DNA from: Selaginella moellendorffii
Taxonomy: Eukaryota; Plantae; Lycopodiophyta
Assembly: GCF_000143415.4 (NCBI RefSeq)
Contig: NW_003314272.1
Location: 2,071,728 to 2,135,727 of the forward strand
Reading direction: 5' to 3'
DNA: 64,000 nt
Shown here one piece after another: positions 23,060 through 36,286 of this stretch; the first letter of the stretch is position 1, and each line of letters starts with the position of its first letter. The position numbers and the translations under genes are program-made. The notes below the pieces were generated by a model, which had not been told where the DNA came from, ran no database searches, and worked only from the letters and a program-made list of their open reading frames with translations.

Positions 23060-26000
23060 ACTCCACCACCCATAGACGAAGTTCGATGTCCTCATCGAAC
23101 GGTAAACCATTTTGTAAAGTAACACTCGCATGTGTTACCATTTCCATCCTTGGCACCTAGCCAATATTTGTCAATGGTTTGACATTGAAGGCTCACCATG
23201 CCTTTTGCATATGCCTCAATGGTTTGACACCAAAGGCTCACCATGCCTTGCCTATCCTCTAAGGAGGGTAGTCTCTCCAACTTAGAGACTGATTGGACCA
23301 CATGTAGTGGTTCTCTCCTTTTATTGGTTTAGTTCTCACTAAACCTCTTAGAGACCTTTTTCTAAGTCAATCCCACTACTCCTTCTTGAGTAGTCTCAAT
23401 TTCCATCTATTGAATGTTTGCACCTTGGAACTTTTACTCTTTTGACTTTTGGAAGTCAATTTCCTAGGTGTCTCCAACACCTTGCATTTCACAGATTGTG
23501 CAACTCCACTTCCCTATCCTAGGAAGTTCATTACTTGAGGGCACCATCATCCTCTCTTCTATTTCGTGCCACCTTGGGCACTAAGTTCCATTTATCACAC
23601 TTTGTGCTAGGGTTGTCCATCGCCCTATCATTTGGCTACCTTACCGCTCCTTCCCTTGGAGCTTCCACTTTCGCCAAATCGGAGCAATTCGGAATCCATC
23701 CTTGGAAACACACTTCCTTTCCCGCAATTTGTTAGCGTCCAACACATTAGTGTTCCTCGCCTAACTTTGTCACTTGGATTCCTTCCCAGGGACTCCACGG
23801 CCCTATCTTGGCCACTCATCTTTTGCTCCTATCCATTGATTGTTGCACCAAGCAACATCGAATCTCTACCTCCCTCCTTGAGGTATTCTTTTGATTCCAT
23901 AGCAAAGGCTCTGCTTTGCCAAGACTAGGGTGTTCACCCCTAGTAAGTCTCTTTTAGCATCTTCTGCTGTGGGCTCTATCCTCGGCCCAACTTTGTGACC
24001 CTCTCAGGGGTCTCTTTAGAGACTACTTTCTTTGGACACACTATGCCATCGCAATGACATAGTTCATTTCCCTAAGGTGCTTTTCCCACTTGGTCACCTT
24101 GACCAAGCCACACCATCATCAATAGTTCAAATCAACACTTTGAACTAGGAATCTTATTCCTTAACCCAAACAAGGACCTTGTCCTTATTTAGCCACAAGA
24201 TCACCTAGTGATCTCACCTCGGCACCTTAACAGGTTTGCCAATAGGTACTAGGTCTTCCAGACCTTTAACTTGTTAACTACGACCCCGGGGGCATCCCCC
24301 ACACTTGGCGGTGCGCCCAAGCCAGCCCTTCCGGCCAAGGGTCCATAGCAACTGAGATTAGGTGTCCCCATCTCACTCACCACGTCTTTGGTGCCACTTG
24401 CACCAAAGCGTTCAAGTTAGATATGCCGAGCTTTCACACTAAGCAATCTAACCGTGCATCACGACTCCGAGGCATCCCTCGCTTGGCAGTGTGCCCAAAC
24501 CAGTCTCCCCACTGAGAGTCCATGACCACCGAAATATGAGTGTCCTCATATTCCAAACCATCACCACGCCCTAGTGATTTGGGACTCGAACCCAAGCACT
24601 AGAGGGTCGGGACTCGAACCCAACCTCCGTATATGCATCTACGGACGGCATCACACAAGATGCTTGGCGTGACTCCCCACGCTGGTGCACCAACTTATTT
24701 TTAAAGCGCGCTACAGATCACAGCTTAGGAACCTAGTTCCTCCACACTGCCAAGTCCTCTCACTTGACATGTCTGTGATCATGCATGGACTCCTCCATGC
24801 TTGGCCCCATGGCCCACCCTTTTTGAAGTTATCACCTTCAACTAGGGTATTTGTTCCCCCAACGTGCCAATCTCGCTTGGCAAGTCCTCCGACCACTGTA
24901 ACATGGTTCCTGCAGAAGCGTGAAAGTCCTTGACCATCGACTTTCGTTCAAAGCCCTCTCTTTGAACACTCGGGAACTACTTCCCTAACCTTGATAGCCT
25001 TGCCTCATGGCAAGCTTCAAGACCACGCTTCTGCTGCGCCACTCTGATTTCGCGCGTTCCATGAACCATTTACATTTGGCCTTTCTAGGTACTAAGCTAC
25101 CTAGAATCGTCTTTGGGAACCTTGAAGGAACTCTGTCCCTCAGCTTGCTAAGGCCTCCCTTTTTGCAAGCCTTCAAAATGCCATATAGTCTAACATGGAC
25201 AATTCCATATTTTAGACTCTCCATGGCATCACGGTTGCTAGCGGCAACACCCTCGAGCCCCCACTTGATTCTCCACTCCCAACTGGCATAACCAACCTTG
25301 GTTATGCCCTTTGATTCCTATGGTTCGGTTCTATCCCCTTACTTCTTGCTTTTTGGCTTCACACCTTTCCTTTGGTCATTCTCCTCCAGACCAAGAGGAT
25401 AGCTTTACACTTTCTATCACGCTTTAGCAAGTATTCTTATGGATGAACCTACCCAATAGCCTAGGGAGTGGTTCCTCAATCCGGGTGTGCTCACCTTATA
25501 ATCCCACACACTGGGATTACATTGTTGCTTATGGGCCTTTACATGCCCATCACTAGTCTTGCCAAAATTCTATTTTTGGCTTTGTCCAACTCGGGTAGAC
25601 AGTCCTCTCCTATCTCCGCAACCTTGGACATTTGGATAGCACCTTCTATCCATCATTCGCTAGGGACTTAGTCCCTTGGGCTTTATCCATTGCCCTCGCG
25701 ACATCAAACACCACCTTCTGGTGTTCTAGAGTGTCCGGGTGTCTCAATGATGGCTTTCTTGACAATGAGTATTTCCTTTTATGACATTGACTTACTATAT
25801 CGCAACACAAGCAACTTATCCCCCGTAAGAGTATATCCAACTTCCTTATGCTATTAAGCAGTCTTGGGTAGCTACCTTCTACCCGTTTAACCAGTTATTT
25901 TGCACCTCTTGCTTAGTTGCCTCATAGTTGTCAAGTCCTACAACTCATTGCTTGGTGCTTTCACACCTCCATCATTATCTGGGTCACCACACTCCAACTG

Positions 26001-27169
26001 CATGCTCTGCAGCTTAGGCTATGCCATTCCCATTTCCATTGGAATTCCTTTGGCAAGGGGTTCTCATGAACCCACCAACATAGCCTCAAGGTATCACACC
26101 TTGGCACATTTGGTGTCTTCACACCATCGGCTCCACGAGCCTACCTCTATGACATTTCCCCTTCGTGTCTAAGTCTTTGCCAAGACCAACACCGCTGTTT
26201 CTCATGCCAACCATCCGTTAGCACTACCCCATAGAGGTCACACACAACTTTATGTCAAAGTTGTTTTCTTCTGGGAACACCTTTCCTATAACTTTAGCAT
26301 GGCACATTTTGCCATCGATGAGATACCCTCTGTTCTCATCCTTGGATCTTATGATCCCCCCCCATCCTTTGTGGGGTACAACACACCTCAGTCCAAATGC
26401 TTCCATCAGTCCTTTTAGGACCATCCCTTGACTCTACTTGAGTCATCCAGCAGTTTTGGACTTTGGTCAATCCACAGACCCATAAGGTCCTACTTGTGAG
26501 GCACTAGCTCACTGGAATACACTTCTTGCATTCCTGTCCTACTCAAAAGGACTATTTTCACAAGTGTTACTCCGACACTTGATTTTGTTCTCTGGGGGCA
26601 ACTTTTGCCCCTTAGGACTACTTGTCCATGCGATGAGAATACCACTCATCTCTAAGTACACCCCCCAACTCCTTGGGTTGTTCCAGCATTTATTAAAGGT
26701 AGCCCTGACTACCATTTCAAGGACTTGAGTCCTCTTCCGTATTTGACCTTCCACAGTCATTACCTTTGGTCTCACATTCATGAGCACCAACCTCAACTAT
26801 ATGAGGATAATCTTGTGACTCCTTTATTGTTTTGGAGTCTCTATCTTTCCCGTGATCCCAACTTTAGTTGTTTACCACAACAACCTTAGCCAATTTGTTG
26901 AGACAAATGCTCATCCAGATCACATCCTCAACTCAATGAGGAAAACGTTGCACTGTTCCCAAGATCCCAAAGTCGTTCCATTATTGGCCCTTTTCTATCC
27001 ACCACCTCGTCTACAAGTTCACACATGAACTGTAATGGAGAGCCATGTCTTCCCGACTTGCTACTCCTCAAGGATAGGCCCACTCCTTAGACCTTCCAAT
27101 GCCAACACTAGTGGTGATATACTTAAGCACCAATAAAAGTCGGACTAAGGAACAGCTCCGATACCAAAT

Positions 27170-28291
27170 TGTAAGAGACTAAATTTTCCATTCTACTTTA
27201 GTCACTTAACCACACCTCTGCCCACTTGGAGGAGTCTCATTCACAACCTCCATAAGTCCAATCCAGGACTTGGGACTTGCTAGCCCCGAGAATGGCATCC
27301 ATGCCACTCAACATTTGCACTTGGTCCAAGTGCTCCACGTGTCCGATCCCATGACCGACACTCAAAGGTACCACCGACATAGCAGCCCGTTACGCTAAGG
27401 CCATGCCCAATCACCTTTGCCACACTGGTAGTCCAATACCACTTCTTGCATCACAGTCTTGGCTCTCCAAGACTAGGCAAACCATCCGTGAGTGGTCATC
27501 TCAGATCCACTCCTTAGCATCCTTAGGATGCCCACCGACAAGGGGAATAGCCTTCCCCAATATCCCTCTGTCAGTCCCCACTAAGTCCCTTTCTGCCCCT
27601 GGTCGTGTTTGCCAACACTGCCACTGGATCGAGACCCACAGGCCCGACCACTAAGTCCCACAGTCCTCTGGGATTTCCTCACCACACAACTGTATCCTTG
27701 GTCACTACCCCAGAGGACTGCTCCTCTTCCTTTCCACAATCTGGGCCTTTGGGACAACATTTCGGAACACCATGGCCTTACGCGAGCCACCTGGGTACTC
27801 TCCTCGCCTTCTGCCCTTGGGTGCTCTAGCCATGGGCTTAGAGCGGGTTCCGTTGAGCCACACCAGGTATCCAAGTAGGTAGTGCCACCCACACTTGGAC
27901 TGGGAGCATCGGCCAGTCGATCTCCCGGGGGAACTAAAGCCGGCTCTTGAACACTTCACCAAGCTACCCCGCTTGTCGGTCCGTGTTCACCCTAGTCTTG
28001 GACTTCCTAGTGGGCAGCTCATCACCCAACACTGGGTCCGGCCTTCCTGGGCCAAACTGGCCTTTCCTGGCCAAACTGGCTCCACTGCAGTCCTCCCCCT
28101 ACTATACTTTTGGAGCTCACCAAACCCCCCAGGGTCTGGGAGACGAACGCTTTGGGCTTTCACCCTCTCAGACTCGAACTCGGACTCGGACTCGGACTCG
28201 GATTCGGACTCGGACTCGGACTCGGACTCGGACTCGGACTCGGGCTCGGGCTCGGTCTCGGCCTCGGGCTCGGTCTCGATCTTGGTCCCGA

Positions 28292-28323
<32 letters not shown>

Positions 28324-28905
28324 CCGGTCTCGGTCTCGACTTCAGACTCCATCTCGGACTCCATCTCGGACTCCATCTCGGACTCCATCTCGGGTCCATC
28401 TCGGACTCCATCTCGGGTCCATCTCAGACTCCATCTCGGACTCCATTTCGGGTCCATCTCGGGTCCACCTCGGACTCCATCTCGGACTCCATTTCGGGTC
28501 CATCTCGGGTCCACCTCGGACTCCATCTCGGGTCCATCTCGGACTCCACTTCGGACTCCAACTCGGGTCCATCTCGGACTCCACTTTGGACTCCAACTCG
28601 GGTCCATCTTGGACTCCACTTCGGACTCCAACTCGAGTCCATCTCGGACTCCACTTCGGACTCCAACTCGAGTCCATCTCGGACACTTCCACGTGTCATG
28701 TGTTGGTCCTTTTGGGTCCCTTTTTTGAGCCTCGCTTCGTGCTCGTTCCTCGAGCACTTCTTTGGGAGCTCCACTCCCGCTCTTGACTTTTCAAGTCGGA
28801 GGTTTTGGTCCAAATGTGTTACGCTCGTTTGGCTCTTGCTTCAGCCACTACCACGTGGCACCCTTTCCGGCTCCACTTTGGGGCCTAGGGATTTTGTGTC
28901 TCACA
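27170..28905 (-). repeat. LTR (~1.7 kb), 5' copy
   Basis: Near-identical to 21342-23059; TG...CA ends. Confidence 0.88.
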
Positions 28906-28959
28906 CATAGTTTAGCTTCTACTTGTGTGCCTATTCTTATTATGTGTCTCCATATTTGC

Positions 28960-29215
28960 TAGCTAGTGGCATATCCATGTCCTCGTGTTAGACCACTAGT
29001 ATATTAAAATAGCACTAAACTCTATTTGAATCTATTTTATATCCTATTTTTTATGTTGGGATATTAAATGCTTTAGGATTGTTTTAATGTTACTCTATAC
29101 TCCTGCTCCTTCACTCCTTGGGCTGAATATTTAGGAGTTATTCTATGCTTTTGTTCATTCGTTCTTTGGCTATATACTAAAAAATTTGGCTCCATACATT
29201 CATTTAGTGGCCAAG
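28960..29215. repeat. Unclassified dispersed repeat; diverged inverted copies at ~46033-46274 and ~39860-40110
   Basis: Visible reverse-complement similarity (e.g. TTAGACCACTAGTAT / ATACTAGTGGTCTAA; TTCATTTAGTGG / CCACTAAATGAA). Confidence 0.55.
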
Positions 29216-30336
29216 GTATTGAAATTTAGGTTTTGCTCCATTGCCTTGGCTTACGTGTCTAAGGGTTTGATTCTATTATGTGGTTACCCTATAGTAAATC
29301 ATTATAGAGAAAAAGGTGAAAACCACATATACTACTCAAGCACAACAATAGCAATAATAGTAACAAAGGAAAAATAGGTGAGAGTGCTTGTGGTCATAGT
29401 GGTAGAGGGTGAGGAATTCCAAGCTAGAGAATAAAGAAGCTTCAAATAAAATGATAATATAAGATAACTACTATATAAGTTTTACTATGACGAAATAACT
29501 TTGGTGGTCATCTAGCATGCAACCTAACCCTAGTTGTGGAGAACTGGAATGAAACACTTAAATAGGTTGAGACAAATGGATCACTCAATATAACACTATT
29601 TTATGACTTCTTCTAAAAAATCTTTCCATTGCAATTTATAAAAGAAAATGAGGAAGATCGTTGGAGTGAGTTCTTATCTTGAATCTAACTTTGAGTTTAT
29701 CTCTTCAAGATCTACATATTGTGCAATCTTATGGTTGCAACACCACAAAAACAACTTGTGAGAGAGTAAAGGATCTATGCAAAGCTTGTTAGGGTTCATT
29801 AGGCTGAGGTAGATAATTCTTATTGAAATTTGAAATAGAGAACTTTACATAATGACTACTTTTTCTTCTTATTACTTCTATTTTTATTTTTAGCTACTAG
29901 CATAGAAATTCAATCCAAGCTCTTTACAAGTTGTCAGACAATTTGATCATTATCATCTTCTCTATTATATTAGTCAAGTGTAGCTATAATTTTAAATTTT
30001 TGGGGTAATAAGTACCCTAGGTTAGGATGAAAGCCTATATGGGTTGTGAGTGAGATTTCTTTAAGTGGTCAAAAGTGTAGTTGTGTGACTAAAGTAGAAT
30101 GGAAAGCTTAATTGATCAAATTGAATCTTTGTAAGGGATATCATTATTTATTATATATTTTTATTAAATCTAAAAAATAAAATTCTTAGATATATAAAAA
30201 TTAAAAAATTATATTAATATATTAAAATTATAATAAATATTAATAATAATAAAATGTAGAATAAATAATATATTAGTATTTTTATTATATGTATATATGT
30301 ATAGTTTTTTAATTATATTTTATAAGAATACAGAAT

Positions 30337-31218
30337 TTATTTAGAGCATAATATATGGTTTGTCGTATCTGATTCCCATAAAACTTTATTAGGAAACTTA
30401 GCCTGATAAAGAACTAAATTACAATCATTTTTAACAGAAAATATTACTGATAATATGCAAAGTGGTTGATTTCTGCAATAAGTATTACTGGCCCATAATA
30501 TTTTTCTCCTATTATATAAAACTAAATTACCATCTATTTGTAAAACTAAAATGCAGTTATATAATTTAAAATATGAAGTGTTTGTTTCCCAAATTTTCTG
30601 ATTTTTGGAGAAAAAAATAAGGTTGCAGTTATATTCCAGAAGTAGGTAATTTATTTTATTTGGTGAAATTAAATAATTGTTTGCAGATAAACTTGATCCA
30701 ATATACATAGTATTTAGTTCTTGAAGACAATTATTTACACTATAGATAGAAATATTACTTTTTATATATTTGATAGATAATAAAAGCTCTGTTCTTCCAA
30801 TAAGTTCATATTGTATTTTATATTTTGTATTCTCCCTTTCAAAAAAATCTGTTAAATTTTCATATAAATCATCTAAACTACTATCAATAATATTATAAAA
30901 AGCCCGTTTCATATTTGTACCTGTAAAATCTACTCCTTTTATAGAACATTCTTCTTTAATTTTAATTATTAAATTAATTATTCCTTTTGATGTAGATATT
31001 TGTATACTATCTGAGTAAAATGATGAATACTTTTGGTTATGCTTGATTTTTGTAATTAAATTATATGCATTTGAGATCACTTTTGTTATATCTTGTGCAT
31101 TTAAAATTCTAAAATTTCCAAATTTTGAATAATACTTTGGTGCTATAGTCATATATATATTCATAAGAAGAAAAATTATAAATAGAAATGAACTTTTTTT
31201 CGTGCTAAATATTATCAT
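30337..31218 (-). CDS. Secreted protein with C-terminal bulb-type (GNA/B-type) mannose-binding lectin domain
   Basis: 293-aa intronless ORF with hydrophobic N-terminal signal. Lectin repeats YNCNLIFF..IWETNT, LQIDGNLVLY..LWASNT (intact QxDxNxVxY) and KNDCNLVLY..LWESDT. Confidence 0.85.
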   Translation of the reverse strand: MIIFSTKKSSFLFIIFLLMNIYMTIAPKYYSKFGNFRILNAQDITKVISNAYNLITKIKHNQKYSSFYSDSIQISTSKGIINLIIKIKEECSIKGVDFTGTNMKRAFYNIIDSSLDDLYENLTDFFERENTKYKIQYELIGRTELLLSIKYIKSNISIYSVNNCLQELNTMYIGSSLSANNYLISPNKINYLLLEYNCNLIFFSKNQKIWETNTSYFKLYNCILVLQIDGNLVLYNRRKILWASNTYCRNQPLCILSVIFSVKNDCNLVLYQAKFPNKVLWESDTTNHILCSK

Positions 31219-31367
31219 ATCTAAGAAACTTGAAATATAGAGAAGGATGGCTTTGCTTATTTATAATACTAAATACTTCTTAACAGCTACACTATATTAC
31301 TCTGAGAATGCCAAATGCTTAACTCATAGAAAAAAACTATTTTTATTATTTAAAAGTATACACTATG

Positions 31368-31542
31368 TATAAGGTCCAAATGTACAGCTATAATACCATA
31401 TACTAATATTAGCATAGTAAAATTTTTATAACTATCGAGTTGGTTTCAATCTTAATTGCTCACTCCTATATATAAACTAGGGTTTTTAGGCTAATTGGTA
31501 TGCATAATTTTATATTCCATTTCCATATTCCATGCATTCACA
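31368..31542 (+). mobile_element. Heavily C>T/G>A-decayed copy of the 174-bp LTR at 44962-45135
   Basis: Shares TATACTAATATTAGC, TTGGTTTCAATC, TATATAAACTAGGGTTTTT and TTTCCATATTCCATGCA(T/C)TCACA. Confidence 0.75.
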
Positions 31543-33117
31543 TTGATGGAGATGAGGGGCAACTTTGATTATCCCTAAGGAGTGTTTGGATTTGGGATTT
31601 TAGTTTAGATTTAGCTTTTGCATCTTTTAAATCTCCTTTTATTTATAGTTACTTTTCCATTTCTTCTCTTTTATTTTTACTTTTTTATTCCTCTTTATAG
31701 TAGAGCAATGTCCTCTTCCTCCTTTGACTTTAGAGCAATAGTTGGTGTAGTTGTTTGATGTTATATGGTTGCAATTGAACAATCAAACTTAATTGATAGT
31801 AGCATTTATAATGTATGTTATAGCTCCTCGTGCTTTTGCTACCAATCCTTACGTATAGCTGGAGTTTTTCCATGGGAGTCTTAAGGATGATGTGTACTAT
31901 TGGTTTAATTACTGTATAGTGATTGCCACATATCATTTTTGGGATGATGCAATAGTATTTGTATGAATTTCCCATGTGTCTCCAAGGGACAGCGTTGTAG
32001 TGGTATAATGGTTTGAGTGTAACCACTCATAAGGATTGGAGCATTCTTTCAGATGTCTTCAAAAGTGCATTTAGATATGTTGATGATTGTGATGATGCCT
32101 TCTAACAATTACATTGCCTTTGTCAATAGCTATCTGAATCAGTAATGCAATTTGGCATTTATTTTGAAAGCCTCTTGCTTTATATAGAGCCAAATATATC
32201 AGAATGGATCAAGTTGGCAATGTTGTGGCTAACACTTTATCAAAATTTTGTAGGGTTTATACATGCATTTGCTTTAGCCACCCTTGACAATATTTTTCAC
32301 TTAACATAATGTTATGAGACATCACCTCTTTCACTTCTCACTACACATCCTTTAACTCTACTTCCTATGGGAGATAGTCTTGTGGGAGATGGTCTTGTTC
32401 CAATGGAGGTCGATATTATAACAGCTCGAGTTCAAAAACAAGAGTGAGGACATGGCTGTAGCCGTGTTGTCTGCTGCTAAGCGTGTGATGATGTTAGTCA
32501 CATTTATCAGTGTTGTTGGCATTTTTTGAATTGGCAACTTCTATTTCTTGGGTGGAGACCTTGGTGTTAACAACATTCTATTGGTGCTGCTGTAGTGGGG
32601 CGCGGACCATACTTGAGCTCATGAGTTGAGCTCAATTTTCAATTGTAATTTAGTACAAACATTATAAATTTTAAAATTTTAAGGTTATGGCAAACCTAAT
32701 AATTTAATAACTCTCTAAATATTATATAGAAAAAAATGTTCTAAAGAACACTTTTTGTTCTAATAATTTAAATATTTGCTACATGCAATGATAGGGACAT
32801 TTGTTAGAACATAAAATAAAATGTTTGCAAAAAGAGTATTCTTGTCACTTCTTTAAATTTGTACTCTATGTTTTCTGGCTAGTAAATGTAAAGTTTGTCA
32901 GAATTAAAAAATTATTAAATTTGAAATAAGATTCTATGTAAAGCCATATAACCATTTAAAAGGAAAAAAAAATAACCGTTGATGTAAGCTTATTGCATAT
33001 AAAAGAAAGACTTGGTTCTTTTTAGAATACATTCTTGAGGGGTTTGTCATAGCATACTGTTTAGAATTTATAAATCTTCATTCACACTCTCATTCGAAAA
33101 AAGTGAAATACACACAA

Positions 33118-33561
33118 ATGTCTATGGGTTCTAGTGTTGGTAATTTTAACTCTTACAATCTTTCTTCCTAAGGTTCAAGGGCTAGGAGATGCAATAACTA
33201 TCCCATTGCACAGCATCACCAAACCATACAAGAAAATGAAAAAAAGGATAGTGAAGATAGTGATCATGAGTTAGAGATAAATGCAATGACAGAGGGTGCA
33301 ACAAATTGGGTGAAAAAGAATGCCCTTTTACTTGTTTTAGAAAAATGCAATTTTGCCACTTTCAAGAAGTGCCCCATATGTTTTTTAGCGTCTGGTGGAA
33401 ACAATGGCAATGATCAGTATGATGGTATATATGCTCTTGTGACACACTACAACATCACGCACCTGAAAGTCTATCATGAAATCTTTTTTGAGATAGTAAA
33501 GACAGAAATGGAGTACTATGGGCAGTATTGTGAAAAAAACACTCGGAAGCATATAAAATGA
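33118..33561 (+). pseudogene. Left-arm cargo ORF (~147 aa, one internal TAA) with zf-XS-like zinc finger
   Basis: KCPICFLASGGNNGNDQYDGIYALVTHYNITHLKVYHEIFFEIVKTEM; upstream in-frame ATG at 33118. Confidence 0.5.
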
Positions 33562-33652
33562 AATGTGAAATGAAAAAGCACATTTTTATAAATTATATAA
33601 AGTATAATAAGTTTTATTGATAGAGAATAAACATAGATAGTGTTGGAGAAAT

Positions 33653-36281
33653 CTAATTAGCTCCAAAAGTTTTCTGCAACTCAGCAATAGTAAAGCTTGC
33701 TTGGTGTATATGAATATCCACTTTAGGATTTTGGTGCAAGATGTTGATGAAGATGTAGTACATATGCTTGCAAGGAGCATATGCATTCTCATGTTCCTCG
33801 CGCTTCGTAAAGTCTAGACGTGTGCAAGAAGGAAAGTCATGAATGGCAATTGTGTACTCTCCACCTTTTGTTTTGACTATGTACTCCTTTGCAAGCACAG
33901 TGATGTACTTCATGGAGAGAATCTCACACTCAAGTGTTTGAGCCAAGTTTATTTTACCTTGCTTTTGCTTGAAGACGGTACCAATAAATTTAACTGCCTT
34001 ACCTTTTCGTGCTGGCCTCCTGTGCATCTCTGTAGGAATAGTCTTACTCTTGTCACTCATGTCTCCAACTCTCCTCTCAAGATTGAAACCAGATTTCTCA
34101 AGGTTTTCAATCTCATCCGAGGTGAAAACGATCCCATTAGCAACCGGCCATTCTTTAGGTACTACATCAGGTTTAGTCACTATAGTGTCTTCAAGCTACT
34201 TCGTATGGTTGGTATCAGTGTTGCAACAATATAGCCAGCAACATCTTGAAAATCCTACTTGCTTTCGTTCCTTATAGAAACATGGGGCTGGAATAGAAGT
34301 AGATTTGTCACCAAGAATCCAAGCCCAACACTTGCCCCTCGGAAGCATCCCCACACACCTTACATTCGATTTTGCTGGCACGCGTCGGATTGCCCATTGC
34401 TTTGGCTCCACACTACGGTAAGCAATTTCAACCTGTTGCGATGCACTCTCTTCATCAGCCACTTGAGGTGGCTCGGTTTGAGAGCGGTGTCTTGGAGCAG
34501 AATGGTACTCGACATCAGGCCTATGAGAGCTTTTCGCTCCAAGGTCCGTACCAACATCTTCCCTAGCAAAGGAAAAACGACGCTTTGAGCGGATAGTCTT
34601 CATATCACTAATAGAAGCTCGAAGAGTGTACTCCATAGATGTGCCATGGACCACTTCCTCAACTGTAGTTGCCACTGTTTGGGCGGGTGGAGTTAATTTT
34701 CTCTTCATCCTATCATGTAACATCTTAACAGAAGGCTCTGTTCCCATATATCTTCCTTCCTCGAATGCCAGTGCTTTTGAAGATTGCTCTATAGCACGTA
34801 TCAAATCTGATAGACAGACTTCATATAGACTCATCTTCCCTTTCCTTGCCTCAGAGGAACACCAACTCTAGTGCTTACTTTCGAAGAGATTCATAGTTGG
34901 GGTGTATGCGAGGTCCTCAAGTGGTTGATTCTAATGGAAAAGGCAATATTAAGAGGTAATAAAAGGGGAAGAAAAAATACAAACTAACCTGAAAAGAGTG
35001 ATGTCCCCATTGGAACATCCTAACTTCCCACCATCCTAACCATAACTCAAGTTGTGGTAGGCAACTTATGTCTGTATGGCCATCTTCACGCCACCACATT
35101 TGAATCTCATTTGCTTTTGCCTCATGCTCTTCTTCAGAAGGTGCAACCTACCATTGTTTACACAACTCCTAAAATATTGATTGAAACTCTAACTTGATAA
35201 GGTGGCAGTGCTGGTTTAGGCTTTGAGCCCAATGGAACTCACAAGTCCTCTCACGACATTCCAATGGCTGACCATTCCCAAAAACTGCTCGGATACCATT
35301 CCAGTTTGCACCAGCCCCATCTGCCATAAAACCGCGAAAGCTTGCAAGCTTACCAGTCCGCTTTAGGACAATATTAGAGAGGGACTTCCAAAATATTTCT
35401 TGTGCTGTCTGGGCTTGTACTTTAAACTCTGCTGTCGCAATTGTTAACTTACAACATAGCCTATGAAAACACAAATATTATAACAATTTCAATATAATGA
35501 GAATAAAAATTACCTTGGATCATACACATGAGCTTCTATGGTTGTCCAACCTGATACGTGCTCCATATGGTCAAAATGTACCTATGCATTTGCAAGGTCA
35601 CTAGACCCAAACATGTCAATTCGGGAGGCAAGATTTACGCCAGAGGCAGGGCCCATGGTAAACATTTTGAAGACAAAGGGGTGCTCTTGCTCATTCACAA
35701 CTTAGTCTGAAAACAAACTTCCATAGATGAACTCGTATGGACAGGTCTGTTTCAATTCAAGGATGTAGTCAATTTTTTATTGTAACTTCCCCTCTCGAGA
35801 TTCACACATCCAAGATTTTATCCTAAACAATATAATGTAAAAGAAAATTATTATTATAACGTATGAAAAATAACAGATGTACCTCCTTAGGCTAGTAGCA
35901 AGTTGTACTCCTCATAGTAAGTCCCGCAAGCTAGCCTCATTTAGTTGAGTCTTTTGGCAACCTGGATTGAGTAAGGTATTTGCGATAGAATCCTTGAGAA
36001 CAGTCTTTTGAACATGCTTCGGAGTTGCAGATGAGTTTCTCATAATCTCTTTCTGCACAACATCTTTGAAACAGTTAAGAGAACTCTTTTGTATCCTTTC
36101 TTGCATTGGATGCATATGTGTGCCAACATGCACTGCAACTCTTCTAGCCACTCCATCCCGTGGAAGAAAGTAGTACATCTTGGCCTCACAAATAGCACGA
36201 CATAGAGGAGCATTTTTGCAGAATCGACATTTGAATCTAACAGCAATGGTGTCACAGGCTGGAGGATTGACTGCAGACCCT
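33653..36281 (-). pseudogene. MULE transposase, 3' two-thirds, including catalytic E region and SWIM finger
   Basis: GFMADG, CEFHW, W..WW, TMNLFESKH (~34875-34900) and C-terminal YTIAIHDFPSCT.LDF...PCKHMYYI; several stops. Confidence 0.85.
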
Positions 36282-36286
36282 GTAGA

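Larger units (their letters stand above)
20271..28905 (-). mobile_element. Tandem non-autonomous LTR retroelement (LTR - internal - shared LTR - truncated internal)
   Basis: 20271-23059 duplicates 26094-28905. A tRNA-iMet-like PBS TGGTATCGGA(G/A)C follows both LTRs on the - strand, and a PPT-like GGGTGGTGGAG precedes the middle LTR. No recognisable RT or INT in 23060-27169. Confidence 0.8.

Noticed and set aside
22067-23160. Long overlapping ORFs (SD/TR/LG repeats), also at 27895-28910
   Set aside because: Artefacts of a stop-free hexamer microsatellite inside LTRs.
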